A DNA stretch of 64,000 bases from positions 4,992,001-5,056,000 of the forward strand of contig OZ244587.1 of assembly GCA_965218095.1 (NCBI GenBank), written 5' to 3'. The position numbers and the translations under genes are program-made. Positions 10,255 to 19,806 of this stretch are shown in pieces. The notes under the pieces are model-generated. The model had not been told where the DNA came from, searched no databases, and saw only the letters and a list, made by a program, of their open reading frames with translations. Within the stretch, counting starts at the first letter, position 1, and every line of letters starts with the position of its first letter. This stretch comes from Candidatus Poribacteria bacterium (lineage in GTDB: Bacteria; Poribacteria; WGA-4E; PCPOR2b).

Positions 10255-10970
10255 TGCGTTTGAATTCCTTTCTTGATCAATGATATTTCGCTTGGATAAG
10301 CTTATCTTGCGGCCTCCTCAGCCTGAAGGCATTCGCTACGTTGGTGGTGTGTGTTACACACCACCGATCAATTGCTAAACAGTCCTTCCCGAGATCTGTC
10401 GAGATCAAAATCTTCCCACTCCACTAAGAGAGATGTGTGGATCGCTGGAGTTGTTTCTCCAATTCGCCTGTAATCTTTTCCAATGTGATCGATTGGTTGA
10501 TAATCCGCATCATGCCGCCGCCGTTCTTCGGATCACGGATGGACGTCCTAGTGGCGATTTTAATTGCTCAAAAACGATTGAAGTTGTCGCCACAAAATGA
10601 ACAGAGCAGTCGTTATTATATTGGATGTGTGAAAGTTGTTTATATTGGATGTGTGAAAGTTGTTGTAGTATAATCTACGGAGATTCTGAAGTTCCGGTGT
10701 CCGTCCTGTGGTGAACAGATCACGGTATGGAGGGGAAACAAGCAGATGATCCTACAACTAGAAGCCCATCCGCAAGAGAGTGAGCATACAGGGAATGAGG
10801 GCTCGGAAGAAACCTCTGAACTCCGCATTGTAACCGCGCCGACGATTTAGAAATGATCTCAATCGCGGGAAGAGAACGTGCCGTGCTCGTTCGTCAAGAG
10901 ACAGCTAATAGAAGGAACAACTCCCACTTTGCGAGCATCCCCGATCGAAGATCGGGACATGTTCTATGCC

Positions 10971-11522
10971 TCATTCAAGTATACGGAACAAGAGATCAAA
11001 AACGGGGCGTTCATCGACGCGATGGGTGAATTTATCCTGATACTGAGTTATCTTTCCATGCTTATTTTGGAGCTTGAGGCGGATCTTAATCTCGATGCTC
11101 GGAATCAACTCATCAAGCGCGAAGACTTCATAGAAGTCCTGACGTTCTTCGGGTTTCAATGTTACCGGAAGATTGTTGCGGAGCAAGCTCGGAAAGATCA
11201 CCGCTTGAGGCGCAGTGTATAACTCCGTATCCCGCCACTTGCGCCCGATCTTCACCTGGAGCTGGCACGTCTGAATCGGGGCGGGCGCCTGATCACTATC
11301 GTTATAGATTCGGCACGAAACGAGGAACAGCAGATACCCGCCGTGAGTAATAAAACAATTCGTCTGTCCTGCCAATAACTCGACCCTCAGACGATCTCCT
11401 CGCCATTTATGACCGTGGCCTCTTCTGCCTGTCCGATCTGCTCGGAGGTCGTAAATCCACTTAGAAATCGAGAGCAAGAGGGCGATAATACTGATAATGA
11501 GGGCAGTTGTCGCGCGATCCAT
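10971..11522 (-). CDS. Hypothetical membrane-anchored protein
   Basis: N-terminal TM helix (ALIISIIALLLSISKW) followed by a beta-rich domain; start codon uncertain. Confidence 0.65.
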   Translation of the reverse strand: MDRATTALIISIIALLLSISKWIYDLRADRTGRRGHGHKWRGDRLRVELLAGQTNCFITHGGYLLFLVSCRIYNDSDQAPAPIQTCQLQVKIGRKWRDTELYTAPQAVIFPSLLRNNLPVTLKPEERQDFYEVFALDELIPSIEIKIRLKLQNKHGKITQYQDKFTHRVDERPVFDLLFRILE

Positions 11523-11584
11523 TTGTGAATCGGTGTTAGATTTAGGTTTGGGTAATACCAATTTTCGATCGATCCGCTACTAAA

Positions 11585-11618
11585 AACCTAGCGAAGGTTT
11601 CAAACTTTCGCCAGGATT
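11585..11618. repeat. Short palindromic repeat, family AACCT..CGAAGGTTT.AAACCTT.G..AGG
   Basis: Related copies at 28640-28666 and 54244-54277. Confidence 0.6.
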
Positions 11619-11794
11619 AGATCCGTTAGTAATCTTTGGGTGTGGAATTGGTGTAAGCTGTTGAAAAGAGTATAGCACAAGCGCAGATTTTTTGCAATTC
11701 AAGAATTTCCAAAAAACACTTGCGGAATGCTTTCAAATAAACTACAATCTAAAAAATAAGCATCCAGACTCTAAGATAGGAGGTTGAAACAGCG

Positions 11795-12394
11795 ATGGCA
11801 CATCAAGTTTTCGTTGACATCGACACCCAAATTGATTTCATCAACAGCAATGGGGCGCTTTCGGTGCCCGGTGCTGAACAGATTCGAGGGAATCTGCAAG
11901 CATTAACGAACTACGCCTTTGAAAACGGGATCAAGATAATTGCCTCGGCGGATGCCCACCCAGCGGACGATAAAGAATTTGAGATCTTCCCACCGCACTG
12001 TGTCCAAGATACGCCTGGGCAGAAAAAGATTGAGGAAACAAGCATTGCAAACACTTATGTTGTCAAAAACGCCCCGACCGAAACGTCGCCACACGACTTG
12101 CTTGATAAGACCGATCAGGTTTTGCTGGAAAAACAGACTTACGATGTTTTCACCAACCCGAATGCGATAGCGTTAGTCAAGGCGGCGGACGCAGATGAAC
12201 ATATCGTCTACGGCGTGGCGACGGATTACTGTGTGAAAGCCGCTGCGCTTGGGTTGCTTGAGCGGGTCCGCAGGGTAATCGTGGTGGAGGACGCGATTGC
12301 GGCGGTGACAGAGGAAACGGGCAAAGAAGCCCTTGCACTGATGAAGAAAAAAGGGGCAATTTTCAAGAAGACCCACGAGATTATTGGGGGGTAA
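11795..12394 (+). CDS. Isochorismatase family / nicotinamidase (PncA-like) cysteine hydrolase
   Basis: DIDTQIDF, DAH, FPPHCV, EK, GVATDYCV motifs. Confidence 0.9.
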   Translation: MAHQVFVDIDTQIDFINSNGALSVPGAEQIRGNLQALTNYAFENGIKIIASADAHPADDKEFEIFPPHCVQDTPGQKKIEETSIANTYVVKNAPTETSPHDLLDKTDQVLLEKQTYDVFTNPNAIALVKAADADEHIVYGVATDYCVKAAALGLLERVRRVIVVEDAIAAVTEETGKEALALMKKKGAIFKKTHEIIGG

Positions 12395-12425
12395 TTCAAA
12401 ATCATCCTCAATTTGGAAAAATTCT

Positions 12426-13376
12426 ATGACTTCTCCGAAAAAGACAGGTTTTGTATACCACGACGATTATCTCAAGCACGATACGGGACAGGCACACCCT
12501 GAACGTCCACAACGACTGAAGGCGAGCATTGAAGCACTTCAAACCTCAGATTTTTGGGCAACTCTGTATCAGATCGAGCCGAGGCCTGCGACAGTCGACC
12601 AGATCTACTATGTACACACTAGAGCGTATGTCGATCAGGTCAAGCGGCACTGTGAACAGGGCATCCCTCTCGATTACGATACGCCGGTTTCACCCGCATC
12701 ATTCGACGTTGCCTTGCTCTCCACCGGTGGCGTGTTGAGCGTGGTAGATGCTGTCATGGCGGGCACGGTGAGCAATGCCTTCGCACTTGTCCGCCCACCC
12801 GGACATCATGCACATCCCAATCGATCGATGGGCTTCTGTTTATTCAACAACATTGCTATCACAGCGCGATACCTGCAGCGTGAACATGGTATCGGTAGAG
12901 TCGCAATCGTTGATTGGGATGTGCATCACGGCAACGGAACACAAGATATTTTTTACGATGACCCGTCCGTCTTCTTTTTCTCGATCCATCAGGGCCCCCT
13001 CTATCCTGGCACCGGCATGGCTAACGAGGTGGGCGTTGGGGAAGCAGTTGGCACAACCTTGAATGCCCCAATGCGTCTAGCCAGCGATGCCAGCGACTAT
13101 ATCAAAATCTTTCAAAAGAGGCTCAAGCCGGTGCTGCTCGATTTTTCGCCAGATTTTCTGCTGATCTCAGCCGGGTTTGACGCACATCGTTTGGATCCCC
13201 TAGCGTCAATCAACATGACAGCGGAGGGCTTTGCTAGGCTGACCGACATTGTCGCTGAAATTGCGGCGGAAACTTGTGAGAGGCGCCTGGTCTCGGCATT
13301 GGAAGGTGGATATAACCTCAAAGGGGTATCTGAATCGGTCATCGCTCATGTTGAACGGCTGCTGAGGCACTCGTGA
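12426..13376 (+). CDS. Histone deacetylase family protein (class II-like)
   Basis: HPERPQR, RPPGHHA, GFCLFNN, DWDVHHGNGTQ, SAGFDAH, LEGGY motifs. Confidence 0.95.
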   Translation: MTSPKKTGFVYHDDYLKHDTGQAHPERPQRLKASIEALQTSDFWATLYQIEPRPATVDQIYYVHTRAYVDQVKRHCEQGIPLDYDTPVSPASFDVALLSTGGVLSVVDAVMAGTVSNAFALVRPPGHHAHPNRSMGFCLFNNIAITARYLQREHGIGRVAIVDWDVHHGNGTQDIFYDDPSVFFFSIHQGPLYPGTGMANEVGVGEAVGTTLNAPMRLASDASDYIKIFQKRLKPVLLDFSPDFLLISAGFDAHRLDPLASINMTAEGFARLTDIVAEIAAETCERRLVSALEGGYNLKGVSESVIAHVERLLRHS

Positions 13377-13495
13377 TTGGGGTTATCGGATTTTTGAATA
13401 TGGCGCCGTCACGCTCCGGCTTATCTGACTATCCCCCTGCGTCTTCTCCACACGCGGCCCCCCCTAATCATTTTGTCTAATTCGGAAAACTAAAG

Positions 13496-14191
13496 ATGGG
13501 AAATAATATCATTATCGATGCCGATCCTGTGCAGGCAGAGCTTATGGAAGAGTGCTGTATAGTCGTGAATGACGATGATGAATTTCTGAGAGCGGAGACA
13601 AAGTTAAACTGCCACCTAAACACCAGGGTAGAAGGTGAGGGATTGCTTCACCGTGCATTTAGTGTCTTTCTGTTTAATACTCAAGGTGAGCTTCTGCTAC
13701 AACAGCGCTCTGGTGACAAGATTACTTTTCCATTACATTGGGCCAATACATGTTGCAGTCACCCCCTGGCCATCGCGGCAGAGATGGAGACAAAGGATAA
13801 CATGGGTGTGAAACGCGCTGCTGTGCGAAAGATGGAACAAGAGCTGGGCATTCCTTCGGAGGAGGTCCCCATATCTTCGTTGCATTTTATGACACGAGTG
13901 CATTACAAGGCGTTCTCTGACGATATATGGGGAGAACATGAAATCGACCATATTCTGCTCATCCAGTCCGATGTCACGTTGCATCCGAATTCAAACGAAG
14001 TGGCAAATATCCGCTTTTTATCAAGGGAAGATGTGCGGAAATTTGTCAAAAATGCGGACAAGAATGGCGATCTCATTTCACCCTGGTTTCGACTTATTGA
14101 GAATATACTATTGTACGATTGGTGGGGGTCGTTAAAGAACATCGCAGCAAAGAAAGATGTGACCCATATCCATCGACTGGGGACAGTGTGA
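13496..14191 (+). CDS. idi: Isopentenyl-diphosphate delta-isomerase type 1
   Basis: LLHRAFSVFLFN, LQQRS..KITFP..W.NTCCSHP, WGEHEID motifs. Confidence 0.95.
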   Translation: MGNNIIIDADPVQAELMEECCIVVNDDDEFLRAETKLNCHLNTRVEGEGLLHRAFSVFLFNTQGELLLQQRSGDKITFPLHWANTCCSHPLAIAAEMETKDNMGVKRAAVRKMEQELGIPSEEVPISSLHFMTRVHYKAFSDDIWGEHEIDHILLIQSDVTLHPNSNEVANIRFLSREDVRKFVKNADKNGDLISPWFRLIENILLYDWWGSLKNIAAKKDVTHIHRLGTV

Positions 14192-14281
14192 AGAGTATCT
14201 ATTCTTAGGAGGGGAGACTCGCAGTGGTCGACGACGTGCTCGCGGCCCTCTCCTGAACAGGATCAACAGCGATGACTTGAT

Positions 14282-14319
14282 AAGAGCCCCGCGGGTATCG
14301 GCGCCTGCGGGGCTCTTTT
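14282..14319. terminator. Terminator between convergent idi and cupin genes
   Basis: aagagccccgcggg/cctgcggggctctttt stem with T-tract. Confidence 0.8.
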
Positions 14320-14323
14320 GCGG

Positions 14324-15220
14324 TCACTCCAACCGGTCGGCGTGCTGCTCGTAAAGGTCCATGTAGTCCGGCCGCACCGGCCAGAATACATCCAGCACGT
14401 CAGCCCCATGCGGGCTGAGCCGGGCGGCATGGGCCATGCCGCCCGGTTGCAGGATAACGTGCCGCTGGTCGCCGCACATCGGGAGCCACTCGTCAATCAC
14501 GCCCTCCTCCATAGCTCCCCCGAGGATCATCATGAGTTGATCCTCGGGGTGGATGTGCATGGGGAAGGAGGAGTTGGGGTCCATCTGCACGAAGCTGAGC
14601 ATGAAGTTCCTGCCCCAGATGAGGCGGGTGCGGGCCGTGGTGGGCTCAGAGGGGCTCTTGCCCGGCATGATGATCGGGGTCACTTGGATCTCATTGAAGT
14701 TGTAGACCTTGCCTGGCTCGTGGGAAGACCGCTCAATCTCCTGGTCAGGAAAGGATACGTCCGCGTCTTCCGGGAGGGGCGTGCCGGTCAGCCGCAGGTG
14801 GTCGGCACGCACCGGCGAAAACACCTCCAGCGCCTTCAGGCCGTCCGGCCCGGCCCGAAGGGCGCGATGCATGCCCTCAGTCAGGTAGATCACCGCGTCC
14901 GGGCCCAGCTCAAGGGTTTTGCCATCCAACTCGCAGGTAGTCGATCCTTCTTCCACCATGGTGATGAGCTCGCCGGTCATAGTCTGCGCAGGGTATTGGG
15001 CGTCGGGCTCCATCTCCAGCACTTCCAGCAGCGTGCCCTTGGCCCACGAAATCGTGGCTCCCACCCCCGGGGCGATGCCGATCGCGGGCAGCTCTTCGGG
15101 GGTGTAGACTTTGCCGGGTTCCATGCCCAAGACCACGCCTGTGTCCGGCACGGCGCGGTCGCGTCCCTTGAGTTCGAGTTTTTTGACCCACTCGGCGTTG
15201 CGCACTTCCCATGCTTCCAT
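14324..15220 (-). CDS. Bicupin-domain protein
   Basis: Two cupin repeats (EVFSPVRAD; MHIHPEDQ...H..DVFWPVRPD); visibly GC-rich. Confidence 0.85.
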   Translation of the reverse strand: MEAWEVRNAEWVKKLELKGRDRAVPDTGVVLGMEPGKVYTPEELPAIGIAPGVGATISWAKGTLLEVLEMEPDAQYPAQTMTGELITMVEEGSTTCELDGKTLELGPDAVIYLTEGMHRALRAGPDGLKALEVFSPVRADHLRLTGTPLPEDADVSFPDQEIERSSHEPGKVYNFNEIQVTPIIMPGKSPSEPTTARTRLIWGRNFMLSFVQMDPNSSFPMHIHPEDQLMMILGGAMEEGVIDEWLPMCGDQRHVILQPGGMAHAARLSPHGADVLDVFWPVRPDYMDLYEQHADRLE

Positions 15221-15310
15221 CCTGTTTTTCCTCCTTTGGCTTACCCGAATGAGTCGGGTAGTGGCCCAAAAATGTTAATTTGCTAAACCACCACACCAAA
15301 TTCCTCTCGA

Positions 15311-15338
15311 TTGACAAACAATCCGATGAAGGTATAAT
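15311..15338 (+). promoter_or_regulatory. Consensus sigma70 promoter with no adjacent ORF
   Basis: TTGACA-16 bp-TATAAT. Confidence 0.7.
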
Positions 15339-15341
15339 GCA

Positions 15342-15470
15342 TCACAACAGACTTTGAAAAACAGAGACTCTTGCGTGCTAACCGCTTGATGTGCGTGCGA
15401 AGCGTTAAGTATTTTCTCTCGATCTGCTGAATCTGTTTCTTGACTTTTGGTAGTCGTCTTTTGTGAGCAT
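15342..15470 (+). ncRNA. Candidate small structured RNA (long irregular hairpin)
   Basis: Follows a consensus promoter; nested pairings tcacaa/ttgtga, aaacaga/tctgttt, cgctt/aagcg. Confidence 0.3.
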
Positions 15471-15619
15471 TTTCCAGTACAAATGTGCGACGATTACACT
15501 TGGGATCAGGTTGGGCATGGAATCGGTTTTAAAACCATGATCTTCCCTCTCTTGAAAGTTTCGTTGCTGTCAGCAGCATACGATACCATAATTTTTTGAT
15601 GAAATCAACAGATTTTTTG

Positions 15620-15648
15620 TTGACAGAAAACTTCGGAAATGTTATAAG
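15620..15648 (+). promoter_or_regulatory. sigma70 promoter for ppk2
   Basis: TTGACA-17 bp-TATAAG with extended -10 TG. Confidence 0.6.
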
Positions 15649-15756
15649 ATAGCTCAACTCTTATCGGACCATTTTTTCGCCAAGTGAGACTCAAAAACTG
15701 ACGGCAGAATCGAGATAAGAAGAGACGCAAAACGTACCAAAGATGCGGAAGCACTC

Positions 15757-16671
15757 ATGTCGAAAGAGAAAAACGCTCAGTCGAAAACGAAGAAGGCGCA
15801 AAAAACGAAGGTCCAAAAAAAGCAACCGCTTGAGAATGTGACCGCGGCTAACGCCGGAAAAGACCCACTGGCGACAGAATCCGCCAACAAACCGAAGAAA
15901 TTGAAAAACAAAGTCTATGAGGCAGCGATGGCCAAGCTCCAGATCGAGTTGGTCAAATTGCAGGAATGGATCAAATACAAGGGATTGAAAGTGGTGGTGA
16001 TCTTTGAGGGGCGCGACGCCGCCGGCAAAGGCGGTACCATCAAACGGATTACCCAAAGCCTCAATCCCCGCATCTGCCGGATTGTGGCGCTGGGGACGCC
16101 CACCGAGCGGGAGAAGACGCAATGGTATTTCCAACGCTACGTCCCGCATCTGCCGGCGGCGGGGGAGATGGTTCTTTTTGACCGGAGTTGGTACAATCGT
16201 GTCTTGGTCGAACGGGTGATGGGCTTTTGCACCGAAGAGGAGTACCAGGAATTTTTACGTTCCTGTCCCGAATTTGAACGGATGCTGGTCCGGTCGAAGA
16301 TTCTACTGATCAAATATTGGCTATCTTTGAGTGACACAGAACAGGAGCACCGCTTCCAAAGCCGTATCCATGATCCCACCCGCCGCTGGAAACTCAGCCC
16401 GATGGATCTTGAGGCGCGGGTCCGGTGGATGGAGTATTCCAAGGCCAAGGATGCAATGTTTGCCCATACAGATATTAAACAAGCGCCCTGGTACGTGGTC
16501 GACGCCGACAGCAAGAGGCGGGCCCGCCTGAATTGTATTAGCCATCTGTTGAGCATAATCCCTTACGAGGATTTAACCCCTGAACCGATCGAATTACCGC
16601 CACGACAAGCGGACGTGGGTTATGTTCGTCCCCCTATAGCAGATCAGACCTTCGTGCCGGAAGTGTACTAG
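15757..16671 (+). CDS. ppk2: Polyphosphate kinase 2
   Basis: FEGRDAAGKGG, WYFQRY, FDRSWYNR, WKLSPMD motifs. Confidence 0.97.
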   Translation: MSKEKNAQSKTKKAQKTKVQKKQPLENVTAANAGKDPLATESANKPKKLKNKVYEAAMAKLQIELVKLQEWIKYKGLKVVVIFEGRDAAGKGGTIKRITQSLNPRICRIVALGTPTEREKTQWYFQRYVPHLPAAGEMVLFDRSWYNRVLVERVMGFCTEEEYQEFLRSCPEFERMLVRSKILLIKYWLSLSDTEQEHRFQSRIHDPTRRWKLSPMDLEARVRWMEYSKAKDAMFAHTDIKQAPWYVVDADSKRRARLNCISHLLSIIPYEDLTPEPIELPPRQADVGYVRPPIADQTFVPEVY

Positions 16672-16855
16672 GGGCGGTTGACGAACTCCACGGAAGGCTG
16701 TCGTGGTCGGTATTGGAGTGGAGAGAAGGTGGCCATCCCCGGGCGAGACTACTTGAAAACTGAAGCGAATCAAAATCATAAAACACGTTTTTGTTCATTT
16801 ACCCAACCAATAACTACTCATTTTCTGCCTCATTCATTTTACAAGTGTCTCATTT

Positions 16856-17926
16856 TCACAAGTTAGTTTGCGGTGCTTCTCGGATAAATACGCCGGTTCG
16901 TGCAGCGACTTCGATCGCTTTGCGTGCGTCTATCACCCTGGGGCCATTGACATTCAGCCGTAATCGGACGGGTGCACCTGGGCGGAGTTCAACTTCCCGC
17001 TCGCCGTCAAGGGCAAGCACACAGGGTTGTTGATGGCTGACAATGACCTCGTCGCCCGGCGCCAGTGGCCAATATTCAGCCAAGCTTACCTCACGGATTA
17101 GGCCAGGGGCAATAGGCGCCAGCACCGTCTGCCCGCCAGGTCCCAGGCGGAGATACAGGCCCTGCTCGGGGGAGTCAACCCTGTCCGGAACATGGGCGCC
17201 TATCGATGACAGTCCGATATTACCGGGTTCGGCGCGGGTCAAAATGACTTCTTTAATCTTGGACACATCCCAGATGGCCCGAGAGGCGATGAACTGCTCG
17301 TCATAGACGGCAACATCTACCAGAGCGATGTCGTCCGGCGCGTCGGTCTGGTAGGGTGGCCGCTGCCCACCAAGGTCGTGGTGGGTGGCGCCTACCCTAC
17401 CGCTCTGAGCGGTCTTCCTGCAAAAGACGTCCAGGCGCGGCGCGCGCCACACGGCCTCGTCTGCCAGTCCGTGCGCTGCCAGGCCAGCGGCCACCCCGGC
17501 AATGGTGCCTTCGATCATCGAGGGGAAAACGTTGTTGGTGCCGGTGGAGATCGGCATGAGGGGCACATCGCCGCTTGCCTTCGCCACAGCGCGGTTGGTG
17601 CCATCACCACCCAGCGTGACTATGCAGCCGATGTGTTCTTGGGCCATGAGCGTCGCAGCGCGCGTTGAGTCCTCCTGGGTGAACTTTATCGGCATGGGAA
17701 GGATCGAAACATTGAGACCGAACTGTAGCCCGTCAAGCGCCTTCTGGCCGATGCTGAACGAGTCGGGCATGATCCAAACATGCTCGACGCCCACGGCCTC
17801 CAGTCCCAGCAACACGCGACGGACGATGTTGACCTTTTCGTCGTTGTCAAACACCGTGCCATGGGCCACCAGTCGACGGATATCTCTGCCTGATGCTGGG
17901 TTCGCGATGATGCCAATAGTGTTCAT
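16856..17926 (-). CDS. ATP-NAD kinase family protein (AcoX-like)
   Basis: GIIANPASGRDIRRLV, LGGDGTNR, STGTNNVFP, ALDGERE motifs. Confidence 0.9.
   Translation of the reverse strand: MNTIGIIANPASGRDIRRLVAHGTVFDNDEKVNIVRRVLLGLEAVGVEHVWIMPDSFSIGQKALDGLQFGLNVSILPMPIKFTQEDSTRAATLMAQEHIGCIVTLGGDGTNRAVAKASGDVPLMPISTGTNNVFPSMIEGTIAGVAAGLAAHGLADEAVWRAPRLDVFCRKTAQSGRVGATHHDLGGQRPPYQTDAPDDIALVDVAVYDEQFIASRAIWDVSKIKEVILTRAEPGNIGLSSIGAHVPDRVDSPEQGLYLRLGPGGQTVLAPIAPGLIREVSLAEYWPLAPGDEVIVSHQQPCVLALDGEREVELRPGAPVRLRLNVNGPRVIDARKAIEVAARTGVFIREAPQTNL
17351..17400. repeat. GTAG-type REP/REPIN-like palindrome inside the AcoX-like coding sequence
   Basis: GTAGGGTGGCCGCTGCCCACC-AAGGTCGT-GGTGGGTGGCGCCTACCCTAC imperfect inverted repeat. 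Confidence 0.7.
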
Positions 17927-18059
17927 GTTGCAACCCTTCTTGATCTGATCTCACTTTCGGATAGGATTATAGCACGCCTGCAAAAAAAGAAATCCGATGC
18001 CCTGCCTTCACCCTTCCCACGTCCGGGGCCTTTTTTTCGCCTCGACACCTTGTCTTCAG

Positions 18060-19400
18060 CTAATCCGACGCAATGCAGTAGAGATATTTACGCCCACGCA
18101 GGTATATTTCGTTATCCACGATCGCTGGTGAGGCGTCGAATCCATCATTGAGCATGTTCTTGGTGAGCACCTCAAACTTAGGCCCGTGTTTAATCACCAG
18201 GATGGCCCCATCTCTATCAGCGAGGTATACACGATTGCTTGCACCGACCGGCGAGGCATAGACCTCTGTTAAACCCTGCAGCCGCTGTGGGCCATAGTAT
18301 GCCTCGCCCGTTCTGGCGCTGAAGCAGGAGAGAATCCCCTTGTTGTGTTTCAGGAAATAGAGCATGTCATCGTAAAGCAGCGGGGAGGGAACATAGGGTG
18401 TATCTCTATCATGCTCCCAGACAACCGACTCGGAACTGGAGATGTCGCCTTTGGCAGCAGCAAGTTGGATGGCTTGCAAGGCGTTGCCCCGAAAGCCGCT
18501 GGTGACGTAGACCATACCGTTTGCGGTCACGGGGGATGGAATCGTATTGTGGGTCATGCCGCCACATTCCCAAATCACGTCCCCTGTCGCCAGGTCATAG
18601 CTGCGCGTGCGGTGGGTCGCGCTGACAATGACCTGGGGCTTCCCATCATGTTCGACGGCAATGGGTGTTGACCACGACGTGATTTCATCTCGGTCGACTT
18701 TCCAGAGTTTCTCGCCGGTTCTCTTATCCAGCGCGATGATAAACGAATCCCCCTCATGGTCCCAGTTGATGACGATGACCTCGCCATAAAGTGTGGGCGA
18801 ACTGCCTTCGCCGAAACTGCGCCGGATGGTCATGTCTCCGAAGTCTTTCTCCCATTGAAGGTTTCCCTCCATGTCAAAGCAATACAGCCCGTGGGAGCCG
18901 AAGTAAGCGTAGACATGCTCACCATCGGTCACCGGTGAATTCGACGCCCAACTTCCCGTTGGATGGGTACCTTCATGTGGGAGTTCTTCACGTACAGTTT
19001 TCTGCCAAAGGATGCTGCCGTGAGAACGACTGATGGCGAAAATAATAAACTTGTGGATGTTCGATGTTTTTATGTTGGGCGGACCACGACGTCTTCGCCG
19101 GGGCGGTTGTTCTGTCTGTTCAAATTCAACCTGTTTATCGGTTTTGATGGCGGTTGTGACAAAGACGGTATCGCCCCACACGATTGGGGTGGCGTGGCCC
19201 CTGCCAGGAATTTCGATTTTCCACCGGATGTTTTTGTTTTCATTCCATTCGATTGGTGGATCGCCGTATGGGGCAACTCCCGAAGCGAGCGGTCCACGCC
19301 ACATTGGCCAATACCTGTCGAACTTTGAGGGGGTGTCGCTCCCCCATGCCACAGTTGAAATCATACAGAAACAGACTATAACGGCTGCTATTCTTTTCAC
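18060..19400 (-). CDS. Secreted PQQ-like (BamB-type) beta-propeller protein
   Basis: Signal peptide; WPMWRGP, NIRWK, SSP, W..TP repeats; YLRG..YLYCI C-terminus. Confidence 0.9.
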   Translation of the reverse strand: MKRIAAVIVCFCMISTVAWGSDTPSKFDRYWPMWRGPLASGVAPYGDPPIEWNENKNIRWKIEIPGRGHATPIVWGDTVFVTTAIKTDKQVEFEQTEQPPRRRRRGPPNIKTSNIHKFIIFAISRSHGSILWQKTVREELPHEGTHPTGSWASNSPVTDGEHVYAYFGSHGLYCFDMEGNLQWEKDFGDMTIRRSFGEGSSPTLYGEVIVINWDHEGDSFIIALDKRTGEKLWKVDRDEITSWSTPIAVEHDGKPQVIVSATHRTRSYDLATGDVIWECGGMTHNTIPSPVTANGMVYVTSGFRGNALQAIQLAAAKGDISSSESVVWEHDRDTPYVPSPLLYDDMLYFLKHNKGILSCFSARTGEAYYGPQRLQGLTEVYASPVGASNRVYLADRDGAILVIKHGPKFEVLTKNMLNDGFDASPAIVDNEIYLRGRKYLYCIASD

Positions 19401-19483
19401 TGAATTCGCCTCCTGAGTGTGTAATTATTATGCTAATGGCAGTCAGATTTTACAAGATTGACAAATCGAAACTGATATCCTCC

Positions 19484-19800
19484 TCACACAATTTCAACCC
19501 TTTTCCCCTCCGACAGCAATCCCGCCTCATACACCTTCATCACTTCAAGAGCAAGTTCCAACGCCCCTTGCGGGTTGCCCGACGAAGATTCGGTCACAGA
19601 AATATCGCATCTCGTTGTAGAAGCCTTGCGTGAAAAGAGCTTTGTTCTCAAGCGTTGCAAAGCTGTTTTGCGGCTCCCAGATAACCGCGCCGCTGTCAAT
19701 GCCTTCGAGGAGATAACTTGTGGTTATACCGTATTGGGATGGTATGCCGCCTTGAAGTGTCACACGAAGGCTATTGGTAGCCATCGCCGAAGAAGTTATA
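19484..19800 (-). pseudogene. C-terminal fragment of a Gfo/Idh/MocA oxidoreductase, frameshifted
   Basis: GFYNEMRYFCD... continues in another frame as LELALEVMKVYEAGLLSEGKRVEIV. Confidence 0.55.
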
Positions 19801-19806
19801 AGGACT

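Noticed and set aside
14318-15286. 322-aa plus-strand ORF
   Set aside because: Antisense shadow of the GC-rich bicupin gene, with no recognisable motifs.
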